Source of the DNA: Candidatus Versatilivorator sp.
GTDB taxonomy: Bacteria; Acidobacteriota; Terriglobia; Versatilivoradales; Versatilivoraceae
Assembly (NCBI GenBank): GCA_965198125.1
Contig: CBDAOQ010000003.1
Coordinates: 2,447,953 to 2,511,952, forward strand
DNA: 64,000 nt
Direction of reading: 5' to 3'
Part shown: one piece after another, positions 45,553-54,498 of the stretch
Position numbering within the stretch: position 1 is the first letter of the stretch
How the letters are laid out: every line of letters begins with the position of its first letter
Position numbers and translations under genes: made by a program
Notes under the pieces: model-generated
The model's database searches: none
Told to the model about the DNA's origin: nothing
Seen by the model: only the letters and a program-made list of their open reading frames with translations

Positions 45553-46662
45553 CTAGTGTACTGCCTGATAAATAGATTTATTTAATATAACCTCTTTCTC
45601 AAGTGCCTCTCGAGCCCTCCGGATCTTGGCCAGCGTCTTGGCGCCATCCGCCTTCCACTTGTAGGGTTTCGGAGTCTCGTTCCGATCGGCCAGATATGTC
45701 GTGATCGCCTTGACCAGTTCCGTGACGCTCGTGAAACTTCCTGCACGCACGCAATCCTGTGTCAGGTCGGCGAAGAATCGCTCGACCATATTCATCCAGG
45801 AGCTTGAAGTCGGAATGAAGTGCATGTGGAAGCGGGGGCGCTTCTTCAACCAACTCACCACCTTTTCGTGCTTGTGGGTGCAGTAGTTGTCGGCAATCAG
45901 GTGGAGATCGACGTCTTTGGGAGTCTCGCGGTCGATCTGCTTGAGGAAACGCAACCACTCCACATGGGTGTGTTTCTGTTCAGTGCGATAGATCAGCTTG
46001 CCCTCCAGATAGCTCAGGGCCGCGAACAACGTGACAGTTCCATGTCGGATATAGTCATGGGTTTGCGTCCTGATGTGTCCTCGGCCTAGTGGCAGGCAAG
46101 GCTGCGTGCGCTCCAGGGCTTGGCATTGCGTCTTCTCGTCACAGCACAGCACCAGCGACTTCTCAGGTGGGTCCAGATACAGACCCACTACGTCCCAGAA
46201 CTTCTCCTCGAACTTCTTGTCCTTGGAGACTTTGAAGGTGCGCAGACGGTGGGGCTTGAGCCCTTGGCTCTGCCAGATACGCGCCACGCTGTGGGCCGAG
46301 ATGCCCACCTCCCGCGCCAGCGAACGGGTGCTCCAGCGCCCTCGGCCGGCCGGCGACTTGCCCGCCTCCTCGATCACTCGTTGCACGGTTGCCAGCGGAA
46401 TCGACGACTTTGCTCCTCGGCCAGACTTGTCCTTGAGGCCGCCCAATCCTTCTCGGTCAAAGCGTTGCGACCACTTGTTCACGCTCGGGACGCTCACGCC
46501 CAAGCGCGAGGCGACCTCCTGCTGCCTGACGCCTTCGCTACGCATCAGGACGATGCGCGCCCGGATACTGTCGCGCCCGGAAGTCGTCGAGGCTCGCACC
46601 CGACGCTCCAGTTCCTGTGTCTCCTCGGGAGTCACTTCAAGGACCGAGATCGGACGTGCCAT
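45553..46662 (-). CDS. IS630-family (Tc1/mariner-like, DDE_3) transposase
   Basis: 369 aa; N-terminal HTH (RLGVSVPSVNKWSQRF), DDE_3 core (LVLCCDEKT..., HLIADNYCTHKHEKV, IPTSSSWMNMVERFF). The stop codon TAG is formed by the target TA plus one flanking base. Confidence 0.85.
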   Translation of the reverse strand: MARPISVLEVTPEETQELERRVRASTTSGRDSIRARIVLMRSEGVRQQEVASRLGVSVPSVNKWSQRFDREGLGGLKDKSGRGAKSSIPLATVQRVIEEAGKSPAGRGRWSTRSLAREVGISAHSVARIWQSQGLKPHRLRTFKVSKDKKFEEKFWDVVGLYLDPPEKSLVLCCDEKTQCQALERTQPCLPLGRGHIRTQTHDYIRHGTVTLFAALSYLEGKLIYRTEQKHTHVEWLRFLKQIDRETPKDVDLHLIADNYCTHKHEKVVSWLKKRPRFHMHFIPTSSSWMNMVERFFADLTQDCVRAGSFTSVTELVKAITTYLADRNETPKPYKWKADGAKTLAKIRRAREALEKEVILNKSIYQAVH

Positions 46663-46735
46663 TGCCTTCCCTCCCCACGGGGAAGGATAACATGGCTCAA
46701 TAATTATTTTAACTCATTTTTCAGTCAGGACACTA
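45554..46735. mobile_element. IS630-family insertion sequence flanked by a TA target duplication
   Basis: Imperfect TIRs GTGTACTGCCTGATAAATAGAT / GTGTCCTGACTGAAAAATGAGT; TA at 45554-45555 and 46734-46735; single IS630/Tc1-type transposase ORF. Confidence 0.7.
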
Positions 46736-46999
46736 GGCTGCGCTGCCCGGGCAGACGAGCAGAGCGTCAATGCGGGCGTTGAGGCGGTTCTCCATCTCCC
46801 GCATCTCCCGGCGCACATCCCGGATCTCCTGACCCACGTCCTGGCGTAGGGTGCTCATCTCCTGGCCCACGTCTTTGCGAAGGATGACCATCTCCTGCCG
46901 TAGGTCGCGGATATCCTGGCGAATCCACCGGAAAAACACGATCAGGGTTCCAATAATGGCCACGCCGACGCTGACGATGCTGATGACTTCGGGGCTCAT
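46733..46999 (-). CDS. Small N-terminally anchored hendecad-repeat coiled-coil protein, paralog 2; 3' end at the IS630 junction
   Basis: MSPEVISIVSVGVAIIGTLIVFF (TM) then LRKDVGQEMST / LRQDVGQEIRD / VRREMREMENR 11-residue repeats. Its TAG stop is built from the terminal base of IS630 plus the TA target duplication, so the C-terminus was probably altered by the insertion. Confidence 0.5.
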   Translation of the reverse strand: MSPEVISIVSVGVAIIGTLIVFFRWIRQDIRDLRQEMVILRKDVGQEMSTLRQDVGQEIRDVRREMREMENRLNARIDALLVCPGSAA

Positions 47000-47232
47000 G
47001 CCTTGGACTCTAGCACAATTCCGGAGTGCTACGGGTCGCGGGGCTTCGAGAAACGTGCCTATCGGGGAGCCCTGGCCCGCCGCCTACGGCAGCTGGGGCC
47101 GTGATGCTCGATAACCGCTCCAACGACGGAACCCTGACCTGGCGAGCATCGCCGAACTCCGAGCGGTGAAGCCTCCGGGCAGGCTCGGCCTGCCCCTTCC
47201 GAGAAGAAAACCCCATGCCTGCTCTCAAGACA

Positions 47233-47565
47233 CTAGTCGAAGACAATACGACCGTTCATGGACGCGCGTTCGACTTGGCTGTCCACACTATAGCCATGTA
47301 CACACACAACCACACTGCCGATCTTCTTGTTTCCAAGAAAGGCGTCACCAAAAACCCTCTCGTCAGGTTTCGTAACCAGAACGCTATAGGGCATTTCATC
47401 GTCTTCTACGGTCGCCAAGTAGTGCGACATATATGCGTTCATGTCCACAAAGTAATATCCGCGGCGGTGTAGGCTGATGCGCGTCTTTCGGTCAATATGA
47501 CGCGAGAGCTTCTCCCTGTTACGGTTGGTCGCGAAGTAACGGATGGTCATCGTGTGTTCTCGCAA
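47233..47565 (-). pseudogene. N-terminal fragment of a DUF900-type alpha/beta-hydrolase-like protein (low-GC)
   Basis: TIRYFATNRN... N-terminal signature, only 110 aa before a stop; family identification tentative. Confidence 0.35.
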
Positions 47566-47777
47566 CTGACTTCACAATGCAGAAATCGGTCGGATGGTTT
47601 CATGTCCGAGGTAAAGACTCAAGGGGCAAGCGTCCGGGCCACACGGAAACCGAGGAAGATGTACCGTCTTCTGCCCGGGGTGCTCCTGTTGCGGTTGGCG
47701 GCGCGAAGGGTTACGGGGTAGGAGCGCGAGGAGCCGCCGCGCAACACGCGCCTCTTACAGTTGCCGCTCGTCCAGGC

Positions 47778-47885
47778 CTAGCCGTCCCTCGGCGCTCCCT
47801 CATAATTGTCGTTCCTGCAGTCCTGCACCCACTCCCACGCATTGCCGTGCATGTCGTGAAGTCCCCAGGCGTTGGCTCTGAACGA
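47778..47885 (-). pseudogene. Fragment of a formylglycine-generating-enzyme (FGE-sulfatase/SUMF1) domain gene, cut by a MITE
   Basis: [34 protein letters not shown] matches the NAWGLYDMHGNVWEW core of PF03781. The upstream part of the track ORF is MITE sequence ([12 protein letters not shown] is encoded by the MITE terminus). Confidence 0.45.
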
Positions 47886-47904
47886 ACCCACCAGAGGGAA
47901 AACA

Positions 47905-48116
47905 GGGGACGTTGTTGAATTACGGGAATTACCGAGCGGGACGATTCTGAAATGCCTAGGAAATGGCCGGAAGGGTTCGATACCAGTTAGTGTGACAGGG
48001 TGCGCTGTGAACCAAGTCCGTTCAGCCGGACTTGACGGAGCGTCGGCTTCTGGTTTTCTGCCAGCCAAGGCTCAGGCGCCAGAACATAGTTATTCCAGTA
48101 AGTCAACAACGTCCCC
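47905..48116. mobile_element. 212-bp MITE, GGGGACGTTGTTGA family
   Basis: GGGGACGTTGTTGAATTAC ... GTAAGTCAACAACGTCCCC termini; internal sequence about 85% identical to the MITE halves flanking the IS at 43309-45008; same flank GGGAAAACAG / TTACTTT as that copy. Confidence 0.65.
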
Positions 48117-48212
48117 TTACTTTACGCGTTTATCACCTACGGGGTGATCAATGACGGCGGCCGACCCGGCCAGCGCAGTGGGGACGGCGCTTTCCTGCTG
48201 AGCCAGGAGTAG
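48117..48212 (+). pseudogene. Orphan 3' fragment of a paralog of the giant protein's C-terminal domain
   Basis: ...LLYAFITYGVINDGGRPGQRSGDGAFLLSQE* vs the giant protein C-terminus ...NPFLAYGVVNDGGAPGERSGDGAYLPARE*; begins at the MITE boundary. Confidence 0.5.
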
Positions 48213-48286
48213 CCGTTCCTTGCTGGCTTTAAAAGCTGATCTTCCTCCAGTGCCAAGGTGGCTGACTCCCGGTGTGTGTGCTGCGG

Positions 48287-48429
48287 CAAACAGAGTAACA
48301 TAAAGGGCTTAGTGGTTCAGTCCAAACCATTTTTTGATCACCGGCGCGGAGCGATACTTTCCTGCTCACCCCGAGCTCGTCGCCCGCGCCGCTGACCAAA
48401 AAATGCTCTTTCTTATGTTACTCTGTTGG
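48287..48429. repeat. Nested palindrome (about 143 bp) upstream of the integrase pseudogene
   Basis: Outer IR ACAGAGTAACATAA; inner IR TTTTTTGATCACCGGCGCGG / CCGCGCCGCTGACCAAAAAA. Confidence 0.45.
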
Positions 48430-49479
48430 CAGGAGGCTGCAGCCATGCCTGATCCAGGGCTCAATGAGCAAGAATTACAGCTTGCGGAGGCCACGCCGGC
48501 GGTCAACTCCTCCCCTGCCCCGCCGGCGCTGCTGGTCCCCGGCGGCTGGAGGATCGAGGGGCTGCCCGGGCCTGTCCGCGAGGCCGGGCCCTCAGCCCAA
48601 AGGCGCCTGGTCGAGTTCTTCACCGCCGAGTTCTGAAATCCCAATACCCGCCTGACCTTCGCCTCGGCGGCTGGCCGCTTTTTCCGCTAGTGTGAGACCC
48701 ACAACCTTTCCCTTCGAGGAATCACGTCCGTCGCCGTCTCGGCCTAAGTCGACCAGATACAGAACCGCTACGCCCTCCCCACCGTCAAGCAGCACCTCTC
48801 AGCCATCCAGGCCCTGCTCGACCACCAGGTCGTGGGTCACGTCCTGCCCGCCAACCCGGCCGCCCCCGTCTGCGGTCCCAAGCACGTCGTCAAGCAGGGC
48901 AAGACACCCGTGCTCTCCGCCAGCGAGGCCCGCACCCTGCTTGACTCAATCGACCTCGGAAAGTCCTCGGGGCTCAGGGACCGGGCCCTCCTCGCCACCA
49001 TGGTCTACTCCTTCGCCCGCGTCGGCGCCGTTGTCGGCATGAATGTCGAGGATTACTACCAGCAAGGCAAGCGCTGGTGGCTGCGCCTCCACGAAAAGGG
49101 CGGCAGGTTCCACCAGGTCCCCGCTCACCACAATGCCGAGGAGTATCTGGATGCCTACCTCGAGGCCGCCGGGATCGGCAGTGAGAAGGGGACACCGCTG
49201 TGGCGCTCGATGACGACGGTCGGCACCTTCAGCCGGAACCGCATGAGCCACGTTGACGTGTTCCGCATGGTCAAGCGGCGGGTGCGCCGGGCTGAGCTAG
49301 GCGTGGCGGCCAACTGCCACACCTTTCGGGCCACCGGCATCACCGCCTATCCGCTCAACGGCGGCAGCGTCGAGAACGCCCAGGTCATCGCCGCCCACGA
49401 GTCCCCCCGCACCACCAAGCTCTACGACCGCACCGCCGATGAGATCTCCCTCGATGAAATCGAGCGAGTTGTGATTTAA
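48334..49479 (+). pseudogene. Tyrosine recombinase (phage-integrase family) gene with three in-frame nonsense codons in the N-terminal SAM-like domain
   Basis: Catalytic domain intact in frame 48832..49479 (RDRALLATMVYSFARVGAVVGMNVEDY...HTFRATGITAYPLNGG...AHESPRTTKLYD). The same frame upstream reads ...RRLVEFFTAEF*NPNTRLTFASAAGRFFR*CETHNLSLRGITSVAVSA*VDQIQNRYALPTVKQHLSAIQALLDHQVV... (TGA, TAG, TAA at positions where W/Y are expected). The first about 35 codons of the track ORF are palindrome sequence, so the true N-terminus is uncertain. Confidence 0.6.
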
Positions 49480-50299
49480 GGGGGGATGGAACGAAAAGGC
49501 CCGGGCACTATGGGTCATCGAACCCCGAGAAGATGCAGCACAGGGCAAATACGGGCCTCGTTTTTGATTGCATCCACCCCGAATACCCGGTTCGGGGCCA
49601 ACCACAACATCCAGGGTTGCGGCCCAAGGTCACAGACGTGAATGTCGATGCGTGGACATCGGGCCAGTTCGCCGGCAACCTCTGGCCTCGATGTGATATC
49701 GCTTACTGCATGAGATGGACGATTCTCGCTTCGGAAGTTTGCAGCGATGACCTTTGCGATTATGCGGCGACCGGCTTTGTCCTGGATCCGTCCGGTGATG
49801 CCGGCCCCACCGGCCCATACTGCGATCGGTGCGGCCGCAAAATCGTGAAAGAATACTGCCGCGTGGTCTCCCCTGGCTGGACCTTCCGCCCTGGCCGGAT
49901 CCATGGCGACCTCAGCAGTCGGCCGCCAGCCGCTCCACTTCCTCCAAGGCCGCTCCCGCGCGAGAAGGCGGCGGCACAAGACGACGACTCCTTTGTCTCC
50001 TACGTCTACGAACGGCTGACTTCTTAACGCTGGCCTTCGATTTCCCAGGTGCTACGGGTCGCCGGACGCCGAGAAACGCAATTGTAGGGCCTCCTACGGA
50101 CCTGTTTTTTCCGGGGATCTGTCCCACAATTCTGGGTTCCCCACAAGGGAATCGGACTCTGTCATTTTAAGCGTGCAACCGGCAACACTGTAAAACGGGA
50201 TCGTCATAACACCATGTCTCTCTTGTCTGCGGGTCGCCTTCACCGTCCTGCATTTGACAACTCCTCTCAGGGGATTATAATGATTAACATCAATCAAAG

Positions 50300-50617
50300 A
50301 TGATTGGCATGCTAAGGGGCATTTTGAGCAATAAAAAGAAAGATACCATCACGATCCAGCGCATCCCCATCACCAAAGCCCGCATTAACCTTGGCCAGAT
50401 TGTGCGCCGCGTGCACGTCAACAAGGAGTACTTCGTCCTTGAAAAGGATGGAATTCCGGTCGCCGGCATTATCGACGTCGACGAGCTTGAAGATTATCTG
50501 GAGTTACGCGACCCGACCGTGAAACGTCAGATCCGCGAGAGCGGACAAGAGTACCGTCGCGGCGAGGCTCGTGACGCCGATGAACTCGTCGCCTCGCTGA
50601 AACACTCGAAACGATAA
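50300..50617 (+). CDS. Phd/YefM-family antitoxin
   Basis: ...ITKARINLGQIVRRVHVNKEYFVLEKDGIPVAGIIDVDELEDYLEL... Phd/YefM fold pattern; 12 bp upstream of a RelE/ParE toxin gene. Confidence 0.65.
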   Translation: MIGMLRGILSNKKKDTITIQRIPITKARINLGQIVRRVHVNKEYFVLEKDGIPVAGIIDVDELEDYLELRDPTVKRQIRESGQEYRRGEARDADELVASLKHSKR

Positions 50618-50628
50618 CGTTACTCCGC

Positions 50629-50916
50629 ATGGCCGGCAAGTTCCACGTTCTAACGACTCCGGCATTCGACCGTCAGGCACGAAAGGCTGTGCGCAATAAA
50701 CAGGAACTCACCGGAGTGCTCGAAGAGATCCTCATTGCACTCCGTTCCGATCCACACAATGTTACGGGAAGGCACAAGATCAAGAAACTGTCCGGCGTCG
50801 CGCCCGGAGAAGGGCAATGGCGCATCCGGTTCGGCGACTACCGCGCACGGTACGACATCGCGGGTCGCGAAGTCGTTCTTCATTCATTCCGTGACCGAAA
50901 AGACGCCTACCGATGA
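50629..50916 (+). CDS. relE: RelE/ParE-family toxin
   Basis: 95 aa; ...GEGQWRIRFGDYRARYDIAGREVVLHSFRDRKDAY matches the RelE/ParE C-terminal signature. Confidence 0.75.
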   Translation: MAGKFHVLTTPAFDRQARKAVRNKQELTGVLEEILIALRSDPHNVTGRHKIKKLSGVAPGEGQWRIRFGDYRARYDIAGREVVLHSFRDRKDAYR

Positions 50917-51110
50917 CGACAAGGACAATTGAAGGGGTTCCGGTGCAGATAGGATCGGCGGAGCGATAAGACCAGGAGTGCGCCGTGGCGATGCGGACTA
51001 TGCTGCCATGACGTGACGCCAGATCACCGCGGAAAGCGTGGTCGCGGTGGGGGACTGCCGGCCCGCTGCCCGGCAGTAAAGTCCTCAATTTGGCAGGCGA
51101 ACTATCAGGT

Positions 51111-52550
51111 GAGCCTTTTGCAAAATTCGCAGTGGAGCATGACATTTTGGTGGCAAACGTGATGTTCTGCTCATGACTACCCGACAGCAAGGACACTTTT
51201 AAGCGGAAATGTCCGGATCTGAAGGCCGGATCGCAGGCGGTCGCCGGACGCAGGCACAGCTTGCCCTCTCCCTGCCCTACGGCGGGCAAACCTGCTGTCC
51301 TGTTCGGGGTGGCGGCCAAGTCTTCAGAGCGTCAGGCGCATCAACTGTTCCACCGTCAGCGCGAGGATGCCGAACATCAGGTGGCACCACACCTTGCCAG
51401 GGCCGCGAACCCTCAGGTACCGCCCGCCAAACTCGTCCTTGAGCCGTCCGTTCACCCGCTCCACGGTCGAGCGCTCCCGGGTGTGCCTTGCCTCGGGAGA
51501 CACGTGGCCGATGCGGCGCTGCGCCAGAGCCTCCCGCTTCCGCTCGGCTTTCAACTGCGGCCGCCTGCGGGGATTGAGGTCGATGATCGGCACATGCCCC
51601 AGCTTTTGGCTGAAGGCTCGGATCTCGGGCGCGTCATAGGCGCTGTCCATCAGGTCGTAGAGGCTGTCGACCCGACTCGCGGTCAGCCTCGCCAGCGGGA
51701 TCGCCGCCTGACTGTCGTGCACCGAGGCTGACGTCAGCAGGCAACTGACCGGAATGCCGCCGTCGATGGCGTCGATGTGCAGCTTGTAGCCGGTCCAGCT
51801 CTCCTGATGCCCCTTGGCGTTGCGCTTGACGCCGATGTCGCAGACCTTCGGCAGGTCCTCCAGCATCTGCTCCAGCGTCATCGACGCCTGCCGCTCCCGC
51901 CGGCGCTTCGGCCTCGCCGTCGGGGCGGGCTTGGGCGCCGGCAATTCTCGTCCCCCGATGGCCGTCGAGTCCCTCGACACCTGGCCCGCCAAGTGGCCCT
52001 CCAGCGTTCGGTCGAGCAACGCCTCATGCAGGCGCCCCGGCAGGTCGCTCGCGGCGAATTCCGCAAAGGCGCGCGAGAAGGTCGCCTCGCTCGGCACCCC
52101 ACCCGCCGCCTCCCAGCCGCACAGGCGGCGCAGGGTAGGTTCCGTCCTCAGCCGCTCCACCAGCCCCCGGGTGGTGGGCACGTCCAGCACCGCCTTCGCC
52201 AGAAAGGCCCGCGCCAGCGCGGCACGATCCTTCAGCGGCCGGCCCCGCCAGCCCCGGCTGTAGGGCAGCCACTCCTCCACCCGCACCAGTTCCACCACCC
52301 GCACGAGCCGTTCGTAGCGCTCGTCCAGCGGACCCAGTGCCTCCTCCAGCCAGGGGAACAGCTCCCGTTGAAACCTGAACCAGTGTCGTGATAGGGTTTG
52401 TTTGAGGGGCAAGTTCGATCTCCGTTCATCATGAGGATGGGGCATCTCCATGATACAACAGAGGGCGGACTTGTCCCGCTGGCTCACCTACCCCCTCTTA
52501 CCTCTCACCATAAAAAATTCCCGCTTCCTGCGGAATATTGCAAAAGGCTC
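51111..52550. mobile_element. IS element, copy 2 (about 1.44 kb) of the IS at 43325-44808
   Basis: Same IRs GAGCCTTTTGCAAAATTCGCAG / CGGAATATTGCAAAAGGCTC; about 98% identical over shared sequence; differs by an in-frame 45-bp deletion in the transposase. Confidence 0.65.
51324..52451 (-). CDS. DDE transposase (IS4/IS5 superfamily), copy 2 with a 15-aa internal deletion relative to copy 1
   Basis: MEMPHPHDERRSNLPLKQTLSRHWF...; lacks GRPRKDELRAKEPRRL present in copy 1; otherwise near-identical. Confidence 0.75.
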   Translation of the reverse strand: MEMPHPHDERRSNLPLKQTLSRHWFRFQRELFPWLEEALGPLDERYERLVRVVELVRVEEWLPYSRGWRGRPLKDRAALARAFLAKAVLDVPTTRGLVERLRTEPTLRRLCGWEAAGGVPSEATFSRAFAEFAASDLPGRLHEALLDRTLEGHLAGQVSRDSTAIGGRELPAPKPAPTARPKRRRERQASMTLEQMLEDLPKVCDIGVKRNAKGHQESWTGYKLHIDAIDGGIPVSCLLTSASVHDSQAAIPLARLTASRVDSLYDLMDSAYDAPEIRAFSQKLGHVPIIDLNPRRRPQLKAERKREALAQRRIGHVSPEARHTRERSTVERVNGRLKDEFGGRYLRVRGPGKVWCHLMFGILALTVEQLMRLTL

Positions 52551-52801
52551 GAGTTGCAGTAATCGGTGCAGGAAGCGCAAACTGACGAGTGGGAGAAACG
52601 GTGGACCAAGGATGCAGTCACCATGGCCGAGATGTCCCGGAGGAAGGATGTATCGCAGCTCCGGCTCGATCTGAAGGAAGGCAAGAAAGGCTGGGATTTG
52701 GGTTCGGTCAAGACAGGAATAGCTTTTCAGGAGAACTATTTTCAAGGTTAGATTAACAAGGCTAAAGAGAAGCTGCAGAAGGCTCAAGGCCAGGAGGGGA
52801 A

Positions 52802-53416
52802 ATGAACGGAACTCAAGGTCTCCAAACGGGCTGGACAAGAACACTGCTGGTGTTCGTCGGTTTCCTGTGGTGCTTGCAGTCGGCAACAGCCGGCAGTAAT
52901 CAGGTCCGGTACGAGTACAAGGTCCTCGCAACTAACAAGACTTCCACTATGGAGAAGGAGTTAAACGAGTCCGGCGACCGAGGCTTCCGTTTTGCCGCGG
53001 TCATGGGTGGAGAGACGACCTTTGGAGGTTCTGAAGTCGTGGTCATCATGCAGAAGGAAAAGGGCAGGGAAGTGGGACGCTTCCAGTACAAGTTGTTGGC
53101 GACGTCCAGGACGTCCACCATGCAGAAGGAGATCCAGGAGGCCTCCGATCAAGGGTTCCGTTACCGGGGGCAGACGGTCTTTGAAACTGCCTTCGGAGGC
53201 AAGGAGACGGTGGTGATCATGGAGCGGGATGGATCTGCTGGTAGTGATCAGGTCAAGTATGAGTACAAGCTGCTGGCTACCAACAAGACCTCCACTATGC
53301 AAGAAGAGTTGAGCCTGGAAGGCGAGAACGGTTTCGAACTGGTGGGAATGACGGTGGGCAATACCCGGTTTGGAGCGAAGGAGATGGTGTCCATCCTGAA
53401 GCGGCGAGTCAGGTAG
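52802..53416 (+). CDS. Secreted protein with three tandem about 57-aa repeats (possibly DUF4177-like)
   Basis: Signal peptide LLVFVGFLWCLQSATAGS; repeats YEYKVLATNKTSTMEKELNESGDRGFRFAAVMGGETTFGGSEVVVIMQKE x3; GGAGGGG RBS; lower GC than neighbours. The DUF4177 assignment is by pattern recall only. Confidence 0.55.
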   Translation: MNGTQGLQTGWTRTLLVFVGFLWCLQSATAGSNQVRYEYKVLATNKTSTMEKELNESGDRGFRFAAVMGGETTFGGSEVVVIMQKEKGREVGRFQYKLLATSRTSTMQKEIQEASDQGFRYRGQTVFETAFGGKETVVIMERDGSAGSDQVKYEYKLLATNKTSTMQEELSLEGENGFELVGMTVGNTRFGAKEMVSILKRRVR

Positions 53417-53481
53417 GTCGGGTTGCCGAAGAGTCCAAAGGAGGGACCTGGAAGGCCTGGGCGGGCTTCAGAGTTCGAGTT

Positions 53482-54054
53482 TCAGGGTGAATCGCCCCAC
53501 CTCTTGCCGTAGGCGTTGATTATCACCGTGAGCGCTCGGTCGAGTTCCTCGCTTCGAAACACACCCCAGTGTTCTTCGTGGATATACCTCCAGTATGTGT
53601 GTGCATTCCTGTGCGAATACAAAAGCTCAGGCAGTGATCCGTGTTTGTAGGGAGTCTCTCGAATCCCAGGCCACCCTGGCATCTCGGCCCGGAGCAGTTT
53701 TTGAGTGTCCGGGGCCAATTTTTTGAACAATTTCAACACGTCGTGAGTGCGGGGAGGAGCTTTCTTTCGTTCCAGGCACAGCCATGCCTTCAGTGCCTTC
53801 AGTGCGATCTGTATCGCCAGCGTCAACAAGATTGGACCCGCCAAGAACTTTCCCTCGAAAAGAAGCGTGTTCAGCTGCGGAGACTCGAGCCCGTTCCGGT
53901 CCAACTCCTTCACAACGTGCTGCAGTGACTTGGCATTCCAAATCATCCAATCCGGATCCCAGCATGCATCCTCAAGGGCCGCGGGCCCATCCTGTGGGGC
54001 AGGGTTGTTCTTCTCGGGCATCACAATTCCTGTTGAAATCTCCTCACCCCACAA
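53482..54054 (-). CDS. Hypothetical protein (190 aa), no confident family assignment
   Basis: Uninterrupted ORF in a lower-GC segment with protein-like composition; possible start at Met12. Confidence 0.35.
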   Translation of the reverse strand: MWGEEISTGIVMPEKNNPAPQDGPAALEDACWDPDWMIWNAKSLQHVVKELDRNGLESPQLNTLLFEGKFLAGPILLTLAIQIALKALKAWLCLERKKAPPRTHDVLKLFKKLAPDTQKLLRAEMPGWPGIRETPYKHGSLPELLYSHRNAHTYWRYIHEEHWGVFRSEELDRALTVIINAYGKRWGDSP

Positions 54055-54207
54055 CGGGGGGAGAGAATCCGGGTTAGGTCTGCTCGCAAAGCGTTATGGA
54101 GGTTTGGGGTTTTCGGGCTACGTGTGAATTTTGTGAAGGTGGTTCACACTGGCTAAATCCGAGAAACTGATAGGAGCGAAACCCAATCAGTTCAAGGAGG
54201 AAGAGGA

Positions 54208-54498
54208 TTAGGGCAGGAAACGTATCAAGGCAATCGTCATGGTGGTGTTGGCCAGGATGACGGCCATAGCCACTCCCATGGCGACCTTGAGCATGTCGGC
54301 CTTGAGATCGGTGATATCGGCCTTGGTGGCCATGGACTTTAGCTCAGCCTTGACTTCGGAGATGTCAGCTTTGGTGGCAACGGCATCGTCGAAGGCCTCT
54401 GCCATGGTGGTAACGATGGCTTCGGCCTGGGCGTCGGCGCCCCCGGCGGCCTTGAGGTTGCGGCTGGCTTTCAGCGTGTCGAAAACGGCGGTGGTCAT
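54208..54498 (-). CDS. Small coiled-coil protein with C-terminal TM helix (DUF1640-like, hendecad KADI..LKA.. repeats)
   Basis: ...ATKADISEVKAELKSMATKADITDLKADMLKVAMGVAMAVILANTTMTIALIRF; GGATTGTGCTAG leader motif shared with the paralog at 46999. Confidence 0.5.
   Translation of the reverse strand: MTTAVFDTLKASRNLKAAGGADAQAEAIVTTMAEAFDDAVATKADISEVKAELKSMATKADITDLKADMLKVAMGVAMAVILANTTMTIALIRFLP

Noticed and set aside
48118-48334. tRNA gene expected next to the integrase remnant
   Set aside because: No cloverleaf-compatible sequence or conserved T-loop (GGTTCGAAT-type) found by eye in 48.1-48.4 kb or 49.48-49.55 kb.
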